Source of the DNA: Gaiellaceae bacterium
GTDB taxonomy: Bacteria > Actinomycetota > Thermoleophilia > Gaiellales > Gaiellaceae
NCBI GenBank assembly: GCA_036006925.1
Contig: DASYPH010000229.1
Location: forward strand, 1 to 44,757
Reading direction: 5' to 3'
Length of the DNA: 44,757 bases
In this document: positions 19,586 through 28,552 of the stretch, one piece after another
Layout: each line of letters begins with the position of its first letter
Numbering within the stretch: the stretch's first letter is position 1
Made by a program: the position numbers and the translations under genes
The notes under the pieces: model-generated
Seen by the model: only the letters and a program-made list of their open reading frames with translations
Database searches by the model: none
What the model was told of the DNA's origin: nothing

Positions 19586-20773
19586 ATGCGCTGGCCCCGG
19601 AAGAACGATCAGGCCTCGATCGACGCTCGCCGAGCGGCGATGGGAGTTGCTGACGGCCTGACGACGTCGGTCGATCTCGCACCGTTCGCGGCCGCAGCGG
19701 AGTCCCTCGTCGGCGTCGCGGTGATTCCCGTGTCGGCGGCGCCGATCGAGATCGAGCTCGGCGCCTACGAGCTGTCGGCGGACGGCGCAGTGGCCGAAAC
19801 CGGGCGCTCCGTCGAGACCGTGTACGTGCCACTCGCCCACACCGAGGGAAGCCTCACCGCGTCGATGACCCGCGGGGCGCTCGCCGCCGGAACGGTGCGG
19901 ACGTACGTGCTCCACGACCGGATCACGCGAGCCTCCTGCTTCGTGTGCAGCGACGCCGCCGCCGCACTCGCGCTCTCGCGCTGGGTCGAGGCCGAGGTCC
20001 CGGCCATGCAGCAGTGGCTCTCGACGTCCGACGACCCGTCGCTTTCGAAGCGAGCGGTGCTGCGCGAGGTCAAGACACACGTCGTCGGACCGATGTGTCA
20101 CGTGCTCTATGCGTGGACGACAGGTGACGCGGTCGGGCCGAACATGATGACCAGGAACTCGTACGCGCTCAACATGGCGTACGTGATGCAGCGAGCGCCC
20201 GTCAAGCCTGAGCGGGCGATCCTCGAAGCGAACATGGGCGGTGACAAGAAGCCGTCGCACGAGTTCTTCCAGTCGGGCCATGGGAAGACGGTCCTCGCCG
20301 AGGCGTTCCTGTCCGACGACCAGATCCGACGCGTCCTACGCACGAGCGCCGAGGATCTCGAAGCGCTCTCGTGGGCCGGAACGCACGGCGCGGTCGCCAG
20401 CGGAATGCAGTCGGTGGCCTTCACGCCGGCGTCAGCGGTTGCGGCGGTCTTCGCGGCGACGGGACAGGACCTCGGCATGGTCGGCACGAGCTCGATGGCG
20501 CATGGGACGGGACGCCGCGTTGAAGGCGGGCTGCAGGCAACGATCCGCTTCGGCGGGCTCGAGGTCGGCACCGTCGGGGGCGGGACGACCCTGCCGTCGG
20601 CCCGGGAGTGGCTCGCCTCGATCCGCTGCAGCGGCCCCGGCACTGTCTACCGCTTCGCCCAGATCGTCGCGGCCGCCGCGCTGTGCCTCGAGATCAGCGC
20701 GTCTGCGGCGATGGCGACGGCGGGCAGCGAGAACTTCTTCAAGGCGCACCACGAACGGGGCGGCCTTCGGTGA
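19586..20773 (+). CDS. HMG-CoA reductase family protein (class I-type catalytic domain), orphan
   Basis: 395 aa. Motifs line up with the HMGR catalytic signatures E(G)xLxAS (HTEGSLTAS), DKKP...GxGK (GGDKKPSHEFFQSGHGKTV), DAxGxNM (GDAVGPNMM), GQD (ATGQDLG), GTVGGGT and a C-terminal His (KAHHERG). Confidence 0.85.
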   Translation: MRWPRKNDQASIDARRAAMGVADGLTTSVDLAPFAAAAESLVGVAVIPVSAAPIEIELGAYELSADGAVAETGRSVETVYVPLAHTEGSLTASMTRGALAAGTVRTYVLHDRITRASCFVCSDAAAALALSRWVEAEVPAMQQWLSTSDDPSLSKRAVLREVKTHVVGPMCHVLYAWTTGDAVGPNMMTRNSYALNMAYVMQRAPVKPERAILEANMGGDKKPSHEFFQSGHGKTVLAEAFLSDDQIRRVLRTSAEDLEALSWAGTHGAVASGMQSVAFTPASAVAAVFAATGQDLGMVGTSSMAHGTGRRVEGGLQATIRFGGLEVGTVGGGTTLPSAREWLASIRCSGPGTVYRFAQIVAAAALCLEISASAAMATAGSENFFKAHHERGGLR

Positions 20774-21087
20774 TCGCGCTCGTCTTCCGCTACGAGGTGC
20801 GCGACCCGGAGGAGTTTGCGCGCGTGTACGGGCCTGACGGTGAGTGGGCGCGGTTCTTCCGGCAGGGAGCGGGCTTCATCGGCACCGAGCTGCTGCACGA
20901 CGTCGAGGAGCCGGAGCGCTACCTGGTGATCGACCGCTGGGAGTCCGCGGATGCCTACAACGCGTTCTTGGCTGCGTTCCCCGAGGAGTACCTGCGGCGC
21001 AGCGACGAGGCGCGCTTCTACTACATCCAGGAGCTCCGCTTCGGTACGTTCGAAAATGTGTGGCATGAAAATCCCGCCACACCATGA
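20770..21087 (+). CDS. ABM (antibiotic biosynthesis monooxygenase)-fold small protein
   Basis: 105 aa from GTG 20770, which overlaps the HMGR-like TGA (GTGA). VIALVFRYEV...F..........PGF.G.ELL....EP.RYLVIDRWES..A is a typical ferredoxin-like ABM pattern. Confidence 0.7.
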   Translation: MIALVFRYEVRDPEEFARVYGPDGEWARFFRQGAGFIGTELLHDVEEPERYLVIDRWESADAYNAFLAAFPEEYLRRSDEARFYYIQELRFGTFENVWHENPATP

Positions 21088-21517
21088 CCCGGCGTGCTGG
21101 GGCTGCGGTGACAACCCGATCGGGCTCAAGCTGCCGCCGCCACGCGCAGAAGGCTTGTCCGAGTACGAGGCGTACTTCCAGTTCGACGAACGGCACCAGG
21201 GTGGTCCCGGGATCACGCACGGAGGCCTCGTCGCCGCGGCGCTCGACGAGGCGGTCGGGCTCCTGGCGACCTGGTACGCGTTCCCGTCCGTCACAGCACG
21301 GATCTTCGTTCGCTATCGCCGCCCGATCCCGATCAACACCGAGCTGCTGATCCGAGCGCGACTCGACGATGCGCGCGGCCGGCGGCTGCACGTCGACGCG
21401 GCGATCACGGACGGGGACGAAAGGCTCGCCGAATGCAAAGCTGCGCTGCTCCACGTGCCGCTCGAGCACTTCCTGGCGACGCCTGAAGGCCGCGCCGCCG
21501 CGGAGCGCTGGGGCTAG
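21056..21517 (+). CDS. PaaI/4HBT-type hotdog-fold thioesterase
   Basis: 153 aa (ATG 21056 or 21065). CWGCG...GL ... ERHQGGPGITHGGLVAAALDEAVG is a typical PaaI/YiiD-like motif. The start overlaps the 3' end of the ABM gene. Confidence 0.8.
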   Translation: MCGMKIPPHHDPACWGCGDNPIGLKLPPPRAEGLSEYEAYFQFDERHQGGPGITHGGLVAAALDEAVGLLATWYAFPSVTARIFVRYRRPIPINTELLIRARLDDARGRRLHVDAAITDGDERLAECKAALLHVPLEHFLATPEGRAAAERWG

Positions 21518-22296
21518 GAGTTCGGAGCGAGCACCTCGTGCACGCCACGCAGAGGCGTGGCGAGCAGCGCCGAGGCCTGGGAGCTGTCGAGCGTCACGTC
21601 CGGTGCACGGTCGGGGCTCGTCTGGGCGCGCTCGATCCGGCGTTCGTCGGCTCCGAGCAGGACCGCGAACTCGTAGCGGCTGACGTCGTCGGCTCCGGCG
21701 ACGTGCAAGGGCCCGGGAAACTCGAGCTCGAGCAGCTCGAGCAGCGCGCTCGCCAGGTCGCCCGTGTGAATCGGCGAGCGAAACTCGTCGATGAAGAACC
21801 GCGTGCCCTCCAGGGCGAGGCGCTCCTGGATGCCGTCGGCGCCGCCGTACAGCAACGACGTCCGCACGATCGTCGCGCCCGGATGAGCGTCGGCGACGCG
21901 CAGCTCCGCCTCGGCCTTCGAGCGGCCGTAGTCGTTCACCGGGGCCGGGACGTCCTCCTCGGTGTAGTGCCCGACGGTCCCGTCGAAGACGACGTCGCTC
22001 GAGATGTGAACGAAGCGGCTCCCGGCGGCCGCGCGGGCGACGGTCTCCGAGCCTTCGACATTCGTCGACCACGCGTCGTCGTAGTGGCGATACGCCGTGT
22101 GGATGACCGCGTCGACGCCGGCTGTCGCACGGGCCACGGCGTCGGCGTCGCGTACATCGGCCTGCAGCCACTCGGCGACAAGCGCGGGTTGCGCGCTGAA
22201 CCAGGTGGCGCGAACGTCCCACCCGCGCGTCGGCGCCAGCGAGACGAGAGCGCGGCCGAGGGTGCCGCCGCCCCCAGTGATGAGCAGCGTTCCCAT
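21514..22296 (-). CDS. NAD(P)-dependent epimerase/reductase of the SDR family (RmlD/dTDP-4-dehydrorhamnose reductase-like)
   Basis: 260 aa. N-terminal ITGGGGTLG Rossmann motif and a YxxxK motif (YGRSKAEAE). Confidence 0.78.
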   Translation of the reverse strand: MGTLLITGGGGTLGRALVSLAPTRGWDVRATWFSAQPALVAEWLQADVRDADAVARATAGVDAVIHTAYRHYDDAWSTNVEGSETVARAAAGSRFVHISSDVVFDGTVGHYTEEDVPAPVNDYGRSKAEAELRVADAHPGATIVRTSLLYGGADGIQERLALEGTRFFIDEFRSPIHTGDLASALLELLELEFPGPLHVAGADDVSRYEFAVLLGADERRIERAQTSPDRAPDVTLDSSQASALLATPLRGVHEVLAPNS

Positions 22297-22308
22297 GAGG
22301 AGCGACGC

Positions 22309-23202
22309 TTACCAGCCGCGCGTCTCGAGCAGCTGGCTCGGGTCGAGCGTCTGCGTCGAGATGCCGACCATCGCCTCGCCGAGACCCGCGGAGACGCGAG
22401 CGAGCACGTCGGCGTCGAGGTAGTGCGTCGTCGCCTCGACGATCGCGCGCGCGCGGTCAGCTGGATTGCCGGACTTGAAGATCCCGGAGCCCACGAACAC
22501 GCCGTCGGCGCCGAGCTGCATGCAGAGCGAGGCGTCCGCCGGTGTGGCGATGCCTCCCGCCGTGAACGTGACCACCGGCAGCCGCCCGTTCTCGGCCACC
22601 CATTTCACGAGCTCGTACGGTGCCTGGAGGTTCTTCGCCTCCGAGTAGAGCTCTTCGCTGCGCAGCGATTGGAGGCGGCGGATGCCGCCGAAGACCGAGC
22701 GCATGTGCGTCACGGCGTTGACGATGTCTCCGGTTCCAGCCTCCCCCTTGGTGCGAATCATCGCCGCACCCTCGGCGATGCGGCGCAACGCTTCGCCGAG
22801 GTTGGTGCAGCCGCACACGAAAGGCACCGTGAATTGCCATTTGTCGACGTGATGCTCGAGGTCGGCCGGCGTCAGCACTTCCGACTCGTCGATGTAGTCG
22901 ATCTCGAGCGACTGGAGGATCTGCGCCTCGGCGAAGTGCCCGATCCGGCACTTGGCCATCACCGGGATCGTCACCGCCTCCTGGATGCCCTTGATCATGT
23001 CGGGGTCGGACATGCGCGCAACACCGCCGTCGCGACGGATGTCGGCGGGGACCCGCTCGAGCGCCATGACGGCGCAGGCACCCGCTTCCTCGGCGATCTT
23101 CGCCTGCTCGGCGTCGACCACGTCCATGATCACCCCGCCCTTGAGCATCTCTGCGAGGCCGCTCTTGACACGCATCGTCCCGAGCTCGTGCACGGGTCTC
23201 AT
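22309..23202 (-). CDS. pdxS: Pyridoxal 5'-phosphate synthase lyase subunit
   Basis: 297 aa from ATG 23202: [14 protein letters not shown]...[13 protein letters not shown]...GIATPADA. Strong PdxS pattern. No pdxT adjacent. Confidence 0.95.
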   Translation of the reverse strand: MRPVHELGTMRVKSGLAEMLKGGVIMDVVDAEQAKIAEEAGACAVMALERVPADIRRDGGVARMSDPDMIKGIQEAVTIPVMAKCRIGHFAEAQILQSLEIDYIDESEVLTPADLEHHVDKWQFTVPFVCGCTNLGEALRRIAEGAAMIRTKGEAGTGDIVNAVTHMRSVFGGIRRLQSLRSEELYSEAKNLQAPYELVKWVAENGRLPVVTFTAGGIATPADASLCMQLGADGVFVGSGIFKSGNPADRARAIVEATTHYLDADVLARVSAGLGEAMVGISTQTLDPSQLLETRGW

Positions 23203-24257
23203 GCTATCGATCCGAGCAGGCGCTCGATCGCCGGCGACACCTGCCAGTGGTCGCGAAGCGCGACGTATTCGCGCCGGGCGCGCGCGGCTCTCGTGGCCGA
23301 GGGAGAACGCTCCGCTCGCAGCATGACGTTCTTCGGCGTGTGCTCCGTCGCGACGAACTCGATCACGTCGACCCGATAGCCAAGCGTCTCGAGAGCGGAG
23401 GCGCGGAGCGCGTCGGTGACGAGGTCCGCCTGCCGGCCGAGCAGCACGCCGTGACGCAGGACGCCATCCTTCGACCGCTTCGCGAGTTGCCCTGCCAGCT
23501 CGTGGTGGCAACACGGGGCGACGACGATCGCTTCGGCGCCGAGCCTGACCCCGGCTGCGATCGCCTCGTCGCTGGCCGTGTCGCAGGCATGCAACGACAC
23601 GAGCAGGTCGACCGGACCGTCGCCGGCGTAGTCCGCGATCGTCGTCGCTTCGAACGATGCCTCGTGGTAGCCGAGGCGCTCCGCGATTCCACGCACGGTC
23701 TTGATCACGCCCGCGTTCGCGTCGAGACCGACGAGCTCGACACGCGTCCCCACTTCCCGCCCGTACGCGACGAGCGCCAGACTCATGTACGCCTTGCCGC
23801 AGCCGGCGTCGACGACGCGGATCCGGTCGCGCTCCCAGAGCGGCAGCGCCCGGAGCAGCTCGACGTAGTGCTGCACCTGCCGCTCCTTGTCGCGCGAGAT
23901 CTTCGTGGCACTGAACAGCGGGTGCCCCTTGGGCAATGGGTGCTGCGCCTCTCGGTCGTGCCGATCACCGACCGCCGCCGTAGACGACGGGCGAGCGTTC
24001 GAGACCAGCCAGCGACCGCGTTTGGTACGGCGCGCGTGAATGTCGCCTTCGGGCGACAGGAGGTGGACGTTGCGCGCGTCGGTCAGGATCGAGTCGAGGC
24101 GTGCAGGCCATTCGTCACGGAGCACGATCTCCGTCTTGGCGCCGTCGACGAGCTTGATCGCCGCGCCCCGCCGGAGCGTGACCGGGGTCGCCGTCACGCC
24201 GTCTGCGACGAGCTTCCGCCAGCCGTCTCCGGCACAACGCTCGCGGAGCTCGTCCAT
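23199..24257 (-). CDS. Class I SAM-dependent methyltransferase
   Basis: [10 protein letters not shown] (motif I) and [16 protein letters not shown] overlap with the pdxS start. Start is ATG 24257 (64-nt overlap with the upstream gene) or GTG 24197, which forms a GTGA overlap with the upstream stop. Confidence 0.8.
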   Translation of the reverse strand: MDELRERCAGDGWRKLVADGVTATPVTLRRGAAIKLVDGAKTEIVLRDEWPARLDSILTDARNVHLLSPEGDIHARRTKRGRWLVSNARPSSTAAVGDRHDREAQHPLPKGHPLFSATKISRDKERQVQHYVELLRALPLWERDRIRVVDAGCGKAYMSLALVAYGREVGTRVELVGLDANAGVIKTVRGIAERLGYHEASFEATTIADYAGDGPVDLLVSLHACDTASDEAIAAGVRLGAEAIVVAPCCHHELAGQLAKRSKDGVLRHGVLLGRQADLVTDALRASALETLGYRVDVIEFVATEHTPKNVMLRAERSPSATRAARARREYVALRDHWQVSPAIERLLGSIA

Positions 24258-25867
24258 GCCTGGGAGTGTAGGAAGACGACCTCGAGCTCGGGAGGCGGCC
24301 GCCGGAGGAACCCGGCGACCACGAGCAATTCGTCGGTCGCCTCCGGCGCCAGGCTTGCCTCGGCTCGCGCGACCGCGGCCAGCCCCGCTTGCCACTCGAG
24401 ACCGTGGGCACCGCGGAACGGTCGCACGCAGACGACCTGGCCCTTGGCGATGTAGAAGCCACGCCGGCCCGCGTCCCCGTCAGGCGCGACGACGCAGACG
24501 GCAAGGGAACGAAGGCGCTCGAGCCGGTCGATCTCGCCCGCGACGTGCTCGAGCGCGGCGATCCGGTCTCGGAGCCGAGCGGCGTCCTCGAAGCGCTGTT
24601 CGCGTGCGAGCCGGCGCAGCTTCTGCTGCAGCTTCGGGACCGCGTCGTCGAGCGTCTGCCAGTCGACGCCTTGCAGGGCTCGCGCCGCGAGCTGCCCACG
24701 CCGGCGACTCTTGATCGGCCCGAGCGGCCCCGGCGTCGCCGTGCAGACCACCGTGTCACCACGGCGGCGTAGGTAGACGTAGCGGTCGGGACGGGTCGAG
24801 CGCGCGTTCCCGGGCGGACGCAGCTCACGGAGCAGGCGTAGCTCGGTGAGCGCCGCTTCGAGCTCAGAGCCGGTGACGCGCCATTCGATCCGCGCAAGGG
24901 CGCCGAGGGCGGCTTCCACGGCCGGCCGTTGACGCTCGGATCGAAAGTACGAACGGAGGCGGGCGCGCAGGTCGCGCGCCTTCCCGACATACAGCACCTG
25001 GTCGTGGACGTCGCGGAACAGGTAGACGCCGGGTTGCTGGGGCGCGCCGAAGGCGAGCTGTCGCTTTCCGTGGCTGCGGCGCGGCCGCGTCGCGGCAAGC
25101 TCGACGAGATCGGCGACGGTCGTCGCGCCGCGTTCCTGTGCCATGCCGATCAGCCGCACGAGGATCTCGGCGGTCGCCTCGGCGTCGGGGAGCGCTCGGT
25201 GGCAAGGCCGGGCGTCGGTCACGAAGCGATGCGCCAGCGCGGTCAGGTTCGCCGGCTGCCGGCCGAGCAGCCGGCGAGCAAGCCCAACCGTGTCGACCAC
25301 GGTCGCGGCCACGCGGCTGCCGGTGAGGCGCATCGTTTCGTTGTCGAGGAACGCCATGTCGAAACGTGCGTTGTGCGCGACGAGCACGGCGTCGCCTGTG
25401 AACTCGAGAAAGCGACGGATGCCGGCGGCGACCGGCGGAGCTCGGCGAAGCTCTGCGTCGCGGAGACCGGTGAGCGCGGCCACCGCCGGCTGGAGCGGCG
25501 CGCCTGGATTGGCGAGCGTCTGGAAGCGGTCCGTCAGCTCGAGCCCGCGTACCCGCACCGCACCGATCTCGCAAGGACGGCAGGTTCCCGGTCGCAGACC
25601 GGTCGTCTCGAGGTCGAAGACGACGTACGTGGCCTCCTCGAGCAGCAGACCGTCACCAGCCGAGGCGGCGAGCGCGACGAGGTCGCCGGCCCAGCGCAGG
25701 CGGGCGTCGGCCGCCACCGCCTCGTCGAGCAGCGAGCGTGCGAGCCCGGTCGGTACGGCGCTGCCGAGCTTCAGCACCTGCCGCGCGGCGTCCTCCGCCG
25801 GCACCGGCCCGCGCCGGTCCTCGACCAGCTCGACGAGCCGATCGGCAGCATCGAGTCGGAGCTGCAT
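24194..25867 (-). CDS. DEDDh 3'-5' exonuclease (DnaQ-like) fused to GIY-YIG nuclease and UVR domains
   Basis: 557 aa. Exo motifs VVFDLETTGL, LVAHNARFDMAFL and HRALPDAEATAE. GIY-YIG region GVYLFRD...VLYVGKARDLRARLRSYF. UVR-like segment REQRFEDAARLRDRIAALE. The architecture recalls mycobacterial Rv2191-type proteins (from memory). Confidence 0.85.
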   Translation of the reverse strand: MQLRLDAADRLVELVEDRRGPVPAEDAARQVLKLGSAVPTGLARSLLDEAVAADARLRWAGDLVALAASAGDGLLLEEATYVVFDLETTGLRPGTCRPCEIGAVRVRGLELTDRFQTLANPGAPLQPAVAALTGLRDAELRRAPPVAAGIRRFLEFTGDAVLVAHNARFDMAFLDNETMRLTGSRVAATVVDTVGLARRLLGRQPANLTALAHRFVTDARPCHRALPDAEATAEILVRLIGMAQERGATTVADLVELAATRPRRSHGKRQLAFGAPQQPGVYLFRDVHDQVLYVGKARDLRARLRSYFRSERQRPAVEAALGALARIEWRVTGSELEAALTELRLLRELRPPGNARSTRPDRYVYLRRRGDTVVCTATPGPLGPIKSRRRGQLAARALQGVDWQTLDDAVPKLQQKLRRLAREQRFEDAARLRDRIAALEHVAGEIDRLERLRSLAVCVVAPDGDAGRRGFYIAKGQVVCVRPFRGAHGLEWQAGLAAVARAEASLAPEATDELLVVAGFLRRPPPELEVVFLHSQAWTSSASVVPETAGGSSSQTA

Positions 25868-25881
25868 CAGGCGAGGCTACT

Positions 25882-25897
25882 ACGAACATACGTTCGT
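25882..25897. promoter_or_regulatory. Candidate LexA (SOS/Cheo) box ACGAAC-ATAC-GTTCGT
   Basis: Matches CGAACRNRYGTTCG / TCGAAC-N4-GTTCGA. It lies 15-30 nt upstream of the exonuclease ATG (25867) and overlaps a TATGTT -10-like hexamer on the minus strand. Confidence 0.6.
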
Positions 25898-26183
25898 GTC
25901 CACTTGGCACAGTTGCCGCAGTCGCGCGGGCCGCGGAGGGGCCGCAAGGACGGGTCCGAGGTCAGCTGCGGGAGCGACCTGACCCACCTCTCCCCCCGCG
26001 ACGCGCGCGTGCCCGCAGTGTGGTGGGGCGACGGCCGTTCGGCACTGGTCTTCCGTCGCGGTGTTTTGGTCGAACGTCCAGCGCTGACCACCGGCGCCCA
26101 CTTCCGCCCCGCGGTCGGCAGGACACGGTTTTGCGCCAGAGAAGGGACTTCCGAGCGTCCGGGGAGCCGGCGCTCCTGGCGGC

Positions 26184-26353
26184 GGGACGGCTGGCCCCTC
26201 CCTCTCCCCGGGGCCGCCGTCCCTCGTCGCCTGTTCAAGCTCGTCCCGCGGGTCGACGGCCCAGCGAGCGCCCCCTCTCCCCGCGTGGCGCCGAGGGCCG
26301 TCAGGTCCGGGTGACCCGCCTTGACCGGACCAGGGCCTCCGTGCTGGAGGCCC
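26184..26353 (+). ncRNA. Candidate small RNA: two hairpins with near-identical 11-nt C-rich loops (6C-like) plus a terminal GC hairpin
   Basis: SL1 pairs 26184-26198 with 26210-26223 (14 bp, one bulged T), loop TCCCTCTCCCC. SL2 has an outer stem 26255-26262/26295-26302 and an inner stem 26268-26271/26283-26286, loop CCCCTCTCCCC. The hairpin GGGCCTCC-gtgct-GGAGGCCC lies at 26333-26353. No credible ORF in any frame. Confidence 0.3.
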
Positions 26354-26443
26354 GCAAAGCGTCCTGCCCGCGCTGGGCGCCCACGAAAGCCGCGGCGCGC
26401 GAGTCCGAACAGTTTGCTTACGTCGCTCGCTGCGCGTCCGCGT

Positions 26444-26674
26444 TCATTGAGGTGGCAGGAGCTCGAGCGCGCGCTCTGCATCCGCACGTTGAACGTAGAT
26501 GTCGCACTGACCGCCTGGCCCGGTCACCGAGGTGATGCTGTAGGGCCCGATCCCGGCGACCTTGTAGAAGGCCTCGATGCCGTTGGCCTTGAGATCCGAA
26601 ACGACGAGCTCGGCGAGAGGCACGTTTGGCACGCTGGTGATCCGCACGATCTCATCCGGGCGTGCGTCGCTCAT
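26444..26674 (-). CDS. DUF2007-like small protein (putative signal-transducing protein fold)
   Basis: 76 aa. Pattern V.I......P.AE...S.L.A.GI.A........G........G...I.V...D.E.A.ELL. Confidence 0.6.
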   Translation of the reverse strand: MSDARPDEIVRITSVPNVPLAELVVSDLKANGIEAFYKVAGIGPYSITSVTGPGGQCDIYVQRADAERALELLPPQ

Positions 26675-26689
26675 ACGGCCACCAAACGG

Positions 26690-27052
26690 TTAGCCGTCCT
26701 TCTCAGCGGCCTCGTTGTCGTCCTTCTCGTTGCTCTTCCCCTTGTCGCCCTGCCCGCCGCCGTGCTGCTTCGCGCCTGGCGGCTGCGTCGACGGACAGGA
26801 GTTCCCCGACCCCGGCATCACATCGCCGTGCCCGAGATGAGCAGCGGCTGCGTGCGAGGAAACGTGGATCAGGTGGTACGGGTGCTTCCACGAGCCCGTG
26901 TGGTGGCACAACCAGACCTTCGTCGGCGCCGTGCTCGTCCCCGTCGAGGTCGAACCGTCCTTCGAGCCCGTTCCGGCGCCCAGCGCCACCGCAGCGGTCA
27001 CGCCACCGCCCAGCACCAGGCCCGCGCCAACAATCGTGAGTGCCCGCCTCAT
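26690..27052 (-). CDS. Secreted His-rich hypothetical protein
   Basis: 120 aa. Signal peptide MRRALTIVGAGLVLGGGVTAAVALGAG, conserved-looking core KVWLCHHTGSWKHPYHLIHVSSHAAAAHLGHGD and a Lys/Asp/Gly-rich tail. GGGAGAG RBS 5 nt upstream. Confidence 0.7.
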   Translation of the reverse strand: MRRALTIVGAGLVLGGGVTAAVALGAGTGSKDGSTSTGTSTAPTKVWLCHHTGSWKHPYHLIHVSSHAAAAHLGHGDVMPGSGNSCPSTQPPGAKQHGGGQGDKGKSNEKDDNEAAEKDG

Positions 27053-27248
27053 GCGATCTCTCCCGTACTAGCTGACCTGCTCATTCTCGGTGTAAGCCAA
27101 CCCCTTTACAAGCTGTGGCCGGACCGGCGCAGCCGTCAGTGGTCCGTCAGCCCCCCCGAGCGGGCCATGCAGCGCGGTCCGGCCACACCGACTCTTACAT
27201 TCCGCAACCGTTCGCCAGTGTTAAGGGACGCCGTCGGGCGATGGCCTC

Positions 27249-27485
27249 CTACGGGAAGTGGGCGAATTTACAGCCGTGCAGCTTCGCCAGCTGCTTCAGA
27301 TAGGCGACGTATTTCGCCCTGTACGCGCCGGTGTGGGGATGTGTGCGCGCCCAGGTGACAGCGGCCACGTCGCACTGGTGTCGGGACCAGCCCGTGCTGC
27401 TTGCGGAGGCTGCCGTGGTCGCTACGAGGATCGTCGCCAGTGTCGTGAGAAAGGCGAGAAGTCGCAGCGATATCCGATGCGTCAA
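27249..27485 (-). CDS. Small secreted hypothetical protein (two Cys)
   Basis: 78 aa with a TTG start. Signal-peptide-like RLLAFLTTLATILVATTAASASS. GGGAGGAG lies 11 nt upstream. Confidence 0.5.
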   Translation of the reverse strand: MTHRISLRLLAFLTTLATILVATTAASASSTGWSRHQCDVAAVTWARTHPHTGAYRAKYVAYLKQLAKLHGCKFAHFP

Positions 27486-27519
27486 GGGACTCAGAGCTCC
27501 TCCCGAGAAATGCTGAGAT

Positions 27520-27714
27520 GTGCTGCCAATCGAAGGTGCCGAACTCCTATCGGCCCTTCCAGAAGTCGACGTGTGCGTTGCCTGGCTGTCATCGCTTCGC
27601 AGCCTAGGTGAGGACCGGATCGCCGAGAAAGAGGGAGATCCCTACGAAATCGACTCCTCGACCGCGAGATCGGTTCGCATTACGTCTCCGCGCGACGAAA
27701 CCCGGGACCTCTAG
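27520..27714 (+). CDS. Possible small acidic ORF immediately upstream of the GNAT gene
   Basis: 64 aa, ending 4 nt before the GNAT ATG. Third-position GC is lower than in neighbouring genes, so the coding status is doubtful. Confidence 0.25.
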   Translation: MLPIEGAELLSALPEVDVCVAWLSSLRSLGEDRIAEKEGDPYEIDSSTARSVRITSPRDETRDL

Positions 27715-27717
27715 CGG

Positions 27718-28509
27718 ATGAGTGACCAGGGTAGCTTTGCTCCCGTGCTGCGCGAGGTTGCTGAATATCCGAATTCGTTCGGGCCGCTCGGACCCGGCGA
27801 CGAGCGGATCGACACCGAGCGGTACACCCTTTGCATGGGCGCCGGCGCGTCGTGGAACACCGTGCAACGCCAGCGCTTCCCCGTCGCCGACATCGACGAC
27901 GTGCTCGAAGAGGTGCGCGCGACGCTGCGCGAGCGCGGACGTACGAAGACGCAGTGGGAGGTCGGCAGCTCCGCGCCGGCGGGACTCGTCGACGCCCTGC
28001 TCGAGCGCGGCCTCGTGCACGACCGGGACCCCTACGCCGTCGCACTCGTGCTCACGCACGAGCCGCCGCTGGGTCCTCCGAACACCGTCGCCCGTCGTAT
28101 CGAGACGTTCGAAGAGCTCGTCGCCGCGTGCGAGGTGCAGTGGGAGGCGTTCGAGGCATCGCCGGCGGAGATCGAGGAGGCGCGTGCGCTGCTCGAGAGC
28201 CGGTGGCGCGAGTCGCCCATCGTCCGGCACGCCGTGTGGCTCGACGGCAAGCTCGTCTGCACGGGGACGGCGGCGCCGACCCCGCACGGCCTTCTTCTGT
28301 ACGGGGGCGCGACGCTGCCGCACGCCCGCGGTCGCGGTGCCTACCGCGCGCTCGTGCGCGCCCGCTGGGACGACGCGGTCTCGCGCAACAGGCCGGTGCT
28401 GATCACGCAGGGGGGCTCGATGTCCCGCCCGATCCTCGAGCGGCTCGGGTTCGAGCCTGTCGGCCACGTGCACATGCTCGTGGATGACTTCGGCTTAGCA
28501 GCGGCGTAA
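27718..28509 (+). CDS. GNAT-family N-acetyltransferase
   Basis: 263 aa. The C-terminal half carries an acetyl-CoA-binding-type motif (ATLPHARGRGAYRALVRARW ... ILERLGF). Confidence 0.78.
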   Translation: MSDQGSFAPVLREVAEYPNSFGPLGPGDERIDTERYTLCMGAGASWNTVQRQRFPVADIDDVLEEVRATLRERGRTKTQWEVGSSAPAGLVDALLERGLVHDRDPYAVALVLTHEPPLGPPNTVARRIETFEELVAACEVQWEAFEASPAEIEEARALLESRWRESPIVRHAVWLDGKLVCTGTAAPTPHGLLLYGGATLPHARGRGAYRALVRARWDDAVSRNRPVLITQGGSMSRPILERLGFEPVGHVHMLVDDFGLAAA

Positions 28510-28552
28510 GTCGGCTCGGCGTAGCCGACGGCCTTCGCGCTCAGACCACGGG

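Noticed and set aside
19586-20773. Labelling the HMGR-like gene as mvaA or part of a mevalonate pathway
   Set aside because: No other mevalonate-pathway gene is in the window, so only the family-level call is supported.
22309-23202. pdxS without an adjacent pdxT as an anomaly
   Set aside because: The two genes are frequently unlinked, and nothing in the sequence suggests a loss.
21538-23379. 613-aa plus-strand ORF, with similar long antisense ORFs at 20876-22222, 2005-3222, 5106-6395, 41228-42187, 42335-43522 and 42558-43772
   Set aside because: All lie opposite genes with strong family signatures and have non-protein-like composition.
25868-26443. Checked the long noncoding gap for RNase P RNA, tmRNA, SRP RNA (GTCAGGTCCGG at 26300-26310) and riboswitch signatures
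   Set aside because: The conserved cores were not found on either strand. These include GAGGAAAGTCCGGGC and ACAGAACCCGGCTTA for RNase P, GGTTCGA..CCACCA with a tag ORF for tmRNA, and the GGAA tetraloop with GNAR symmetric loop for SRP RNA.
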